Positions 24,065 through 30,785 of a DNA stretch of 43,023 nt are shown here, one piece after another. This DNA is from a virus. Position numbers and translations under genes: made by a program. The notes under the pieces are model-generated. The model made no database searches and was not told the origin of the DNA. It was given only the letters and a program-made list of their open reading frames with translations. The DNA lies in UHGV virus genome UHGV-0853564. The stretch is one strand, 5' to 3'. Positions within the stretch are counted from its first letter, which is position 1. The number at the start of each line of letters is the position of its first letter.

Positions 24065-26305
24065 ATGTCCGATGTAATTTTATCCTACTCGTGGTCTCGT
24101 CGCAACGCGCGGGCGGAGAAAAAGGATATAAACGTCAGAACCACACACACGGCAACACTGGACGACCTGAAAGAGTTAATCCAGCCGCTCGATGTTGTGC
24201 GAGATGGGGTTAACCCGAAGACAGCGCCAGGCTATATTACTGCCGCGTGCGACTCTACGCACAGCACCGTAAAAGACCCGGAAACTGGAGACTTTAAGCA
24301 GGCGCGTAAAGGCTTCTTCTATCGCTGTGATGCGTCTGTAAGCAAATCGTCGCTGGCGTACCTGGATTTCGACAGCGCAACGCCGGAAGAGTACCAGGAA
24401 GCTGTGCGCCTGGTTAAGCGCAGCCGCCAGGCGATGTGCCTCTATACCACGGCATCTCATACCGAGGAGTCACCGCGCTTTCGCGTCGTCATGCCGCTGA
24501 CCCGCCCGGTTGAAGGCGGTGACATCATCCGTGTTCGTCATGGGTTGCTGGAACACTTCTTCAAAGGCATGGGCGCCGACCGCAGCGGGTTTACCCTGTC
24601 GCAGCCGATGTATCTGCCCCCGGTTGGCTCTACCGTTATCTGGTCGCGGCGCAACGACCTGATTGACCCGGACGAATTACTGGAAGGCATCCCCGCCGTT
24701 GACGTTAGCAGCGCATCGGATTACCAGATACCGGAAGAACTGCGCACCGCGTTTACTGATGCGTTCGAAGCACTGGCGTTCGAATACGGCGGCATCATGA
24801 CGCCGCGCGGCCTTAAGATGCCAGCTACGCCGGAACACGCAGAAAACTACAGCGACCCTACGCCGCGCCCGGACGACTTCCTGCTGTGCTTCCCGCGAGA
24901 GGGCTACGAAGCGCCGAACGTAACCATGATTCACGACACCGACATTACGGCAACCGAAGGTATGTCGCCGAAAGAGGTGTGGAAGTATGCGTGCGATGCG
25001 ACCGGGCTGCCGTTCAGTGAAGTCGCCGAGGCTATCGGATGGGGTGCGCGTGAATCTGTTTCATGCAGCCTCGACGACCTGGAAGATGACGAGGACTCAG
25101 AGGAGGACGAGTTACCGGAGCCGGTAAAGGCTGATTTCGTCGTAGAAGGGTACATGCCGTCGGATTGTATCTGGGATATCGTCGGGGAGTCCGGCACGTA
25201 CAAATCATTCTATACGCTGGGGATGATGTACCTTAGCGCCGCCGGATACCGGTTTGCGGGGGCAGATACTCAGCGTTGCCACCATTTCTATATCGACGGT
25301 GAGGGTGGCGCGGCCACACGTACACGTATTGATGCGCTCGCGGCTAAATACGGCGCGGAAGGTAAAGATTATGTACACGTCATCGATATGGGCGAAGTCG
25401 GCAAACTGAAAAGCCTGATTAAGCTAATGCGCGAAACTGCTGGCGGCGAGCCTATCGGCATGGTTGCATTCGACACCCTTAACCAGACGCTGGCCCTGAC
25501 GATTGATAAGTTCGACGAGAACAGTTCATCAACGGCAATCGGTATGGGTAAAGTTATCGCAATCATGAAAGAAGTACGCGACGCGACTAAAGCTGCGGTA
25601 GGCGTTGCCCACCATACGCCGAAGGGGGGAAAGAAAGCCCGCGGCAGCGGGGCGTTGTATGCAGGCGTTGATGTGGAACTGACAATTGAACGTGCAACTG
25701 ACCGTCAGATAAACGTATACCACTCTAAATTTAAGCACGGGCCTCAGCAGAAAACGGTTGGCATGGTTCTGGAGTCGGTACAGTTCCGCGAAGCACCACC
25801 GCCGAAAGAGTACCGTGCAGTTGAGTTCCTCGGTAGCACAGAGGAATACGGCACAATCGTAAACCTCGACCTACCGGAGCCGCACAAGGCGCTTGTGTTG
25901 ATGCCGTGGGGATTCGAGCCGTTCAAGACTGACGAGGAGAAAGAGCGGGAAGAAGGGCTGACAAAGGAAGGTAAAGAAAACGTAAGGAATGCTGTAAAAC
26001 GTGGGAAGGATGAAGGGCGTAAGGAATCAATACTCGCCGCGCTGGAAGACCTGCAACAGTCCGACGACACCGGACGAGGTTTTACCCAACGGCAGATAGT
26101 AGCGAACTCAGGCGACCACGCCATCACCAACCACCATCTTGAGAAGATGCTGAAAGACGGTGAGTTGATGCTTGGATGCGATGTTAACGGTGAAGTTATA
26201 CCTGGTACCTACCGGATACCAGAAAAGATGGGTGACAGATTAAGGCCGAAGACAATATACGAACCGAATGAAATGTTGACAGTGACAGAGGAAGATTTGG
26301 AGTAG
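24065..26305 (+). CDS. primase-helicase: N-terminal AEP primase-polymerase-like domain plus P-loop NTPase
   Basis: AEP-like motifs YLDFD, TASH, RFRVVMP; Walker A GESGTYKS; 746 aa. Confidence 0.65.
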   Translation: MSDVILSYSWSRRNARAEKKDINVRTTHTATLDDLKELIQPLDVVRDGVNPKTAPGYITAACDSTHSTVKDPETGDFKQARKGFFYRCDASVSKSSLAYLDFDSATPEEYQEAVRLVKRSRQAMCLYTTASHTEESPRFRVVMPLTRPVEGGDIIRVRHGLLEHFFKGMGADRSGFTLSQPMYLPPVGSTVIWSRRNDLIDPDELLEGIPAVDVSSASDYQIPEELRTAFTDAFEALAFEYGGIMTPRGLKMPATPEHAENYSDPTPRPDDFLLCFPREGYEAPNVTMIHDTDITATEGMSPKEVWKYACDATGLPFSEVAEAIGWGARESVSCSLDDLEDDEDSEEDELPEPVKADFVVEGYMPSDCIWDIVGESGTYKSFYTLGMMYLSAAGYRFAGADTQRCHHFYIDGEGGAATRTRIDALAAKYGAEGKDYVHVIDMGEVGKLKSLIKLMRETAGGEPIGMVAFDTLNQTLALTIDKFDENSSSTAIGMGKVIAIMKEVRDATKAAVGVAHHTPKGGKKARGSGALYAGVDVELTIERATDRQINVYHSKFKHGPQQKTVGMVLESVQFREAPPPKEYRAVEFLGSTEEYGTIVNLDLPEPHKALVLMPWGFEPFKTDEEKEREEGLTKEGKENVRNAVKRGKDEGRKESILAALEDLQQSDDTGRGFTQRQIVANSGDHAITNHHLEKMLKDGELMLGCDVNGEVIPGTYRIPEKMGDRLRPKTIYEPNEMLTVTEEDLE

Positions 26306-26316
26306 GTAAAAAAGAA

Positions 26317-26333
26317 AGGGGCGTTAAGCCCCT
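26317..26333. terminator. hairpin aggggc-gttaa-gcccct between convergent genes
   Basis: Overlaps the stop codon of the minus-strand XRE gene; U-rich tract follows on minus transcript. Confidence 0.45.
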
Positions 26334-26539
26334 TCACCGAACGCCAGCCACTTGGCGTCTACTTCCAGCACTTCCGCCAGTTTAAACAGCGTCGCCGGGC
26401 GGACGTCCTGAGTTACACCGAGCGCAAGCTGGTTAATCGCGCCCTGGGAAACGCCAGCCAGAACGGCCAGACGGCGCTGGGAGATGCCGAGTTCTTTACG
26501 GCGTTGTTCTACACGGATGCCTAGTTCAGATGGTTGCAT
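26324..26539 (-). CDS. XRE-family HTH transcriptional regulator (Cro/CI-like)
   Basis: LGISQRRLAVLAGVSQGAINQLALG is a canonical HTH; only minus-strand gene in the rightward module; AAGGAG RBS. Confidence 0.7.
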   Translation of the reverse strand: MQPSELGIRVEQRRKELGISQRRLAVLAGVSQGAINQLALGVTQDVRPATLFKLAEVLEVDAKWLAFGEGA

Positions 26540-26566
26540 ATCAATTACTCCTTAGTTAGTTGATAT

Positions 26567-26585
26567 GTGAATAGTACCATATTAA
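26567..26585 (-). promoter_or_regulatory. GAATAGT element upstream of XRE gene
   Basis: gtgaatagtaccatattaa; TACTATTCA about 29 nt upstream of ATG 26539 on minus strand; also readable as TTGATA-N17-TAATTA on plus. Confidence 0.45.
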
Positions 26586-26603
26586 TTATTTTAGAAAAGC
26601 CCA

Positions 26604-26632
26604 TTGACACGTGAATAGTTTGCTATTATAGT
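26604..26632 (+). promoter_or_regulatory. sigma70-like promoter TTGACA-N17-TATAGT with GAATAGT dyad in spacer
   Basis: Perfect -35, 17-nt spacer containing tgaatagtttgctatt; ~30 nt upstream of ATG 26665. Confidence 0.6.
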
Positions 26633-26664
26633 CAGCACATACCAAACGAGAGGAGAGAAACAAA

Positions 26665-26814
26665 ATGACCAATAACCGCAAAGCAAAAATTCTGTTAGGA
26701 CTTGATATTGCCTTTGGGACTAAAGAAACAGCGCGCTACCGGGTAAGCAACAACCGCGTTGGCTTCTTCGACAAGTCCACTGGCCAGTTAGTTAAAACCG
26801 TTAAATATAAATAA
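26665..26814 (+). CDS. small basic protein (49 aa), paralog of 28181..28339
   Basis: GAGAGGAGAG RBS; N-terminus MTNNRKAKILL and RVSNN motif shared with the second copy. Confidence 0.45.
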   Translation: MTNNRKAKILLGLDIAFGTKETARYRVSNNRVGFFDKSTGQLVKTVKYK

Positions 26815-26829
26815 ACAGGAGAAAGAAAA

Positions 26830-27339
26830 ATGTTAGAGAAATTCTTAGTATTACTGGAACGTTTCGTAGTTGCCCATGAACTGATTGCGGCGAACAGTGC
26901 GAAACGTCCTGCGCCCCAAACTGAGCGCGCAGGTGAAATGCTTGTAGACGTGTCGGTTACGGGAGAGGTACTTGAAGTCGACCCAGGCACTGGCGTCGGG
27001 AAAGAAATCCCGGTGGAAGGTGAAGACATCGTCGACACACAACCGGCAGAAGAAGAGAAGCAGAAACGCAATCCACGTAAAGCTAAAGTAGAGGAACCGA
27101 CTCCAGAGCCTGAAGAAGAGAAGGAAGAAGTCGATTACCAGTCTCTGCGCGACCAGATTCAGGCTATTGACGATGCAATTAACGAAGGTCCGAGCGATGC
27201 CGCGTGCGATGATTCCGATGAACTGCTGGAAGAGTTCACCGGTAAGAAGATGAAGATTGCCGCGATTAAAGACGAAGACTTGGCTGAATACCTGGAACGC
27301 CTGACGGCAATCAAGAACAAGTATTTCGAAGAAGAATAA
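26830..27339 (+). CDS. highly acidic early protein (candidate DNA mimic)
   Basis: 169 aa with long runs of E/D (EEEKQKRNPRKAKVEEPTPEPEEEKEEVDYQ, DDSDELLEEF); AGGAG RBS. Confidence 0.6.
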   Translation: MLEKFLVLLERFVVAHELIAANSAKRPAPQTERAGEMLVDVSVTGEVLEVDPGTGVGKEIPVEGEDIVDTQPAEEEKQKRNPRKAKVEEPTPEPEEEKEEVDYQSLRDQIQAIDDAINEGPSDAACDDSDELLEEFTGKKMKIAAIKDEDLAEYLERLTAIKNKYFEEE

Positions 27340-27346
27340 CTATCTG

Positions 27347-27362
27347 GCGGCCTTCGGGCCGC
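27347..27362 (+). terminator. stem-loop GCGGCC-UUCG-GGCCGC with conserved downstream leader
   Basis: Perfect stem with UUCG tetraloop; followed by tttaactgagggtcggaattATG, similar to 30763..30788. Confidence 0.4.
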
Positions 27363-27382
27363 TTTAACTGAGGGTCGGAATT

Positions 27383-27772
27383 ATGAAATACGAAGAAATG
27401 AGCGATTTTGAAATTAATTGTGCGGTGGCAGCCGCATTAGATTTAAATGAACATTTGTTCTTCCCGTCTGGCGTCGAATACCTTGATAGTGATACCGATG
27501 ATTCAGACATGGGGCCCATATGGCAAACAAGAATGCCGTTTGTTAAAGGTTTTAGACCGTATAATGGTAATTTATTTAACCCGTGCAACAACATAGATAT
27601 TGCGTGGCAAATTATTACTCAAAATCATATATCGATTGAATGCGTTACAGTTAACCGGCACACGTTTACGTACCGCGCATATCACTCTGCATCTTTCACC
27701 AAAAGTACGCACGAAAACCCCCTACGCGCCGCGATGATTGTCTTCCTTAAAATGCAGGAGGCAAAGAAATGA
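27383..27772 (+). CDS. hypothetical protein in AT-rich segment
   Basis: 129 aa; markedly AT-rich compared with neighbours. Confidence 0.5.
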   Translation: MKYEEMSDFEINCAVAAALDLNEHLFFPSGVEYLDSDTDDSDMGPIWQTRMPFVKGFRPYNGNLFNPCNNIDIAWQIITQNHISIECVTVNRHTFTYRAYHSASFTKSTHENPLRAAMIVFLKMQEAKK

Positions 27773-28041
27773 TTTACCAACTCTACCGCGCCGTAGACAG
27801 GCGAGATAACACAGAGGCGCTATGGCTGTTGCGTGCACCGTCAGGTGCGCACCAGATGGAAGAGATGGCGTATTTAGGTAAAGTACCGCGGCCTAAAGAT
27901 ATAGGCCGTCACGTGTCGCAGATTAAGCGCACGACTTTTGCCAAACCTGACTTTTATGTCTTCGAGTCGATGTATGGATGGGCCTTACATTGCGACCATA
28001 AGACACGGCATTTAATCGACCAGTGGGAGAACAGGGTATGA
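27769..28041 (+). CDS. hypothetical protein
   Basis: ORF track; ATGA overlaps both sides. Confidence 0.45.
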   Translation: MIYQLYRAVDRRDNTEALWLLRAPSGAHQMEEMAYLGKVPRPKDIGRHVSQIKRTTFAKPDFYVFESMYGWALHCDHKTRHLIDQWENRV

Positions 28042-28184
28042 TTTACTGGGCGATATTTACTTACACTAACGCCACGGCTACAGAGCACAGCCGATACTTG
28101 GACGTAGAGGATGCATACGCAGCATACGATAATCTTGATTTTGATACTTTTGACGATGCTTGGGTGGAGAGGGTAGAAGAATGA
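28038..28184 (+). CDS. small acidic hypothetical protein (48 aa)
   Basis: ATG 28038 overlapping upstream stop; below track cutoff. Confidence 0.3.
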   Translation: MIYWAIFTYTNATATEHSRYLDVEDAYAAYDNLDFDTFDDAWVERVEE

Positions 28185-28339
28185 CGAACCGTAAAGCGCG
28201 TTTTCTATTTGTTAAACGTAACCAGCCTTTTCGAGTAAGCAACTCGACTTGGCTGATCATCTTCAACCGTAGCGGCGACACGTGCGCCTATAAACGCAAA
28301 ACACGTAAAGTTAAATGGGGCGGGAGTTTAAGAGCATGA
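28181..28339 (+). CDS. small basic protein (52 aa), paralog of 26665..26814
   Basis: MTNRKARFLFV...RVSNS; stop overlaps start of nuclease gene. Confidence 0.4.
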   Translation: MTNRKARFLFVKRNQPFRVSNSTWLIIFNRSGDTCAYKRKTRKVKWGGSLRA

Positions 28340-29784
28340 AACTAAAAGAACGCGGCGGCAATAATGATGTACACGCTTTACTGTCGCCGTCTGGTGCTAA
28401 AAAGTGGCTTACATGCAGTGCATCACTGGCCTGCGAGAAAGATATTCCTAACACGTCAGGTAAAGCCGCCGTATTAGGCACGGCTATGCACACGATAGCG
28501 GAGATGCACCTTAACCAGTATATCAAAGGCACTGCGTTGCCGTTAGAGCGTGAGGTCGGCGCTTACGTGCTGGACGAGGGTAAAGGCCAGATTAAGGCGC
28601 TAAACAGTCCGATGAAAGGCGCGGTACTGATTACGGCTGACATGATTGAGCAGGTGCGCAAGTACACCGACTACTGCAAAGAGATTATCGATGTAGCGAC
28701 TTACACCAAACTGGAAATGCGTGTCAATCTTACCGAGGTATTGCATCCTGGGTATATGTTTCGTGTTGCTGGTGAGCAGGGTGATGGCAACGCCGGGGTT
28801 TTTAAAACTGTGGAGACATTCGGAACAGCCGACTTAGTGGCGGTTATAGAAGGCTTTACGGGTGAAAGTAACTCAGCGATGCTCATTATCGGCGACCTGA
28901 AAACTGGGCGGCATCGTGTCGAAGCGAAAGAAAACAAACAGCTTATGCTTTACGCGCTCGGTGTTTATCGCCGACTCAAGAGGCGTTATAACATCACAGT
29001 AGTGCGCCTGGTTATCTTCCAGCCGTATGCTGGCGGAGCGTCTGAGTGGGACATCTCAGTTGAAGGTCTGGAACTGTTCGCCAAGTTCGCACAGAAACGT
29101 GCACTGTTGGCACTCGATGCGTATTTCCGTGGCAAGAAGAACCTGAAAGCGTCGGACTTCAAACCGTCGGTAGATGGTTGTCAGTGGTGTCGGTTCTCTG
29201 AACAGTGCGCCGCGCGTACAAAGACGGTTAACGCTGTGTTGGCGGAAGAACTGGAGGACAATACAGATGTATATCGTACAGCCGTAGAACGTGTGGCTAA
29301 GTTCTGCAACGACGCGGACTATATGAGCGTTTGGGAGGATGTTCAGCCGAGTGATATTCTTAAGTTGCTACCTGACGACACAGATTTACCTAAGAAGCCA
29401 GTGAGAGATGACGACTTTGCGCTGGAACTGACACCGGAGCAACTCGTAGCTGAGTATGAGAAGTTGCCGCTGTTGCGCCAGCACATCGACAAGGTCGAGA
29501 AAGCGATGGCTGCCGCGTTGCATTCCGGTAAGAAAGTGCCGGGGTACAAGCTGGTTGAAGGTCGTCCGGGTAATCGTGCGTGGAAGGACGCCGAGGCGGT
29601 ATACGAGAAATATGGTTACAAGCTGACTAAAGAAGTGCTCATGACGCCAACTGAAGCGGTTAAAGTAATACCGGAAGAAGAACTGAAAGACTTTATTACC
29701 CGTAAGCAGGGCGCACCATGTGTCGCAACGGCGGACGACAAACGTCCTGAATGGAATCAGGTAACAGAGGAGGATTTAGAATGA
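28336..29784 (+). CDS. PD-(D/E)XK nuclease with Cys cluster (Cas4/RecB-like fold)
   Basis: N-terminal LLSPSGAKKWLTCSAS, GDLKTGR motif, C-terminal CQWCRFSEQC Cys cluster; GGGAG RBS before ATG 28336 (track start 28315). Confidence 0.6.
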   Translation: MKLKERGGNNDVHALLSPSGAKKWLTCSASLACEKDIPNTSGKAAVLGTAMHTIAEMHLNQYIKGTALPLEREVGAYVLDEGKGQIKALNSPMKGAVLITADMIEQVRKYTDYCKEIIDVATYTKLEMRVNLTEVLHPGYMFRVAGEQGDGNAGVFKTVETFGTADLVAVIEGFTGESNSAMLIIGDLKTGRHRVEAKENKQLMLYALGVYRRLKRRYNITVVRLVIFQPYAGGASEWDISVEGLELFAKFAQKRALLALDAYFRGKKNLKASDFKPSVDGCQWCRFSEQCAARTKTVNAVLAEELEDNTDVYRTAVERVAKFCNDADYMSVWEDVQPSDILKLLPDDTDLPKKPVRDDDFALELTPEQLVAEYEKLPLLRQHIDKVEKAMAAALHSGKKVPGYKLVEGRPGNRAWKDAEAVYEKYGYKLTKEVLMTPTEAVKVIPEEELKDFITRKQGAPCVATADDKRPEWNQVTEEDLE

Positions 29785-30017
29785 TTCGTAGGATGTTCAG
29801 GGTGCTTGGCGGACTTGTAGCGTTTTTAAGCTACCACTTTATGATGTTGCCGGTTTATTCTCTGCTTTTTCCATTAATAGCCTATCTTGCGATTAAGCAT
29901 AAAACCGTAGAACTGGACGAGTTAATGGAGGTTAAGGAGATGAAGTTTGTTCAGAATTTGGAGTGGCCTTTCGAATACGTATTGATAGTTGAGAAAATAA
30001 CTGGCTGGAAGGGTTGA
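29781..30017 (+). CDS. small membrane protein
   Basis: GAGGAGGA RBS; hydrophobic segments LGGLVAFLSYHFMMLPVYSLLFPLIAYLAI. Confidence 0.45.
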   Translation: MIRRMFRVLGGLVAFLSYHFMMLPVYSLLFPLIAYLAIKHKTVELDELMEVKEMKFVQNLEWPFEYVLIVEKITGWKG

Positions 30018-30042
30018 CACCTGAATAGTTAGCTATTATATT
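30014..30042 (+). promoter_or_regulatory. sigma70-like promoter TTGACA-N17-TATATT with GAATAGT dyad in spacer
   Basis: Same architecture as 26604..26632; upstream of SSB-like gene; palindrome AATACGTATT at ~29965. Confidence 0.55.
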
Positions 30043-30096
30043 TCTAATCACTGGCCGGGCAGATTCCCGGAGTAAACTGAAAAGCGAGAAATTAAG

Positions 30097-30726
30097 ATGG
30101 GTATTAAACTGAATCTGCGTAAAGTAAACACTGCTTGGGTTAACGTATTCGAACGTGCTGCCGACTCTGAGGACAAGAAAACCGGTAAACTTATTAAGGG
30201 CAAATATCAGGTTACGGTTCTTATGCAGCCCGACCACCCTCAAATCGACGCGCTTTATGATACCGCGCTGGAAGTTGTAACAGAGGCAATCGGGGCGGCT
30301 GCTGCCGAGAAATGGATGAAGGCCAACTACGGCGTAGACCACCACGCGGACAAATGCTGCGTCCGTGACCTGGCAATGCGCGATAATCCGATTGAGGATT
30401 TTGAAGAGGGTCTGTATTTCCGCGCTACTAACAACCGCCAACCGGTGATTATGACATCTGCTAAAGGTGAAAAACAAACCGAGCCTGATTTCAACATCGA
30501 CGGGCAGGAAGTAGAAGGCGAGCAGGTATATAGCGGGTGTGTGGCTAACGTATCTGTAGAGTTGTGGTGGCACAAAGAATGGAAAAACCTGTGCGCTACC
30601 ATCCTCGGCATCAAGTATGCGGGCGAAGGTAAACGCTTCGGAGGCTCCAGTGTAGTAGCGAGCACCGACGACCTGGAAGACGACGAAGAAGATGAAGCAC
30701 CGCGCCGCGAACGTCGCCGCCGCTAA
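30097..30726 (+). CDS. ssDNA-binding protein-like (phage SSB family) with acidic C-terminal tail
   Basis: N-terminal LRKVNTAWVNVFE pattern typical of a phage SSB family; C-terminal TDDLEDDEEDE acidic tail. Confidence 0.55.
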   Translation: MGIKLNLRKVNTAWVNVFERAADSEDKKTGKLIKGKYQVTVLMQPDHPQIDALYDTALEVVTEAIGAAAAEKWMKANYGVDHHADKCCVRDLAMRDNPIEDFEEGLYFRATNNRQPVIMTSAKGEKQTEPDFNIDGQEVEGEQVYSGCVANVSVELWWHKEWKNLCATILGIKYAGEGKRFGGSSVVASTDDLEDDEEDEAPRRERRRR

Positions 30727-30745
30727 TATCTGAATCAATTTAACT

Positions 30746-30767
30746 AAGGCCCTTCATTGGGCCTTTT
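30746..30767 (+). terminator. rho-independent terminator AGGCCC-N6-GGGCCT + T5
   Basis: Hairpin followed by TTTTT; downstream of SSB-like gene. Confidence 0.6.
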
Positions 30768-30785
30768 TACTAAGGGTCGAAAATA

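Noticed and set aside
25744-26130. 128-aa minus-strand ORF
   Set aside because: Antisense within the primase-helicase gene; Ser/Arg-rich low complexity.
29932-30738. 268-aa minus-strand ORF
   Set aside because: Antisense to the SSB-like gene and the promoter region within a uniformly plus-strand operon; no RBS or partner genes on that strand.
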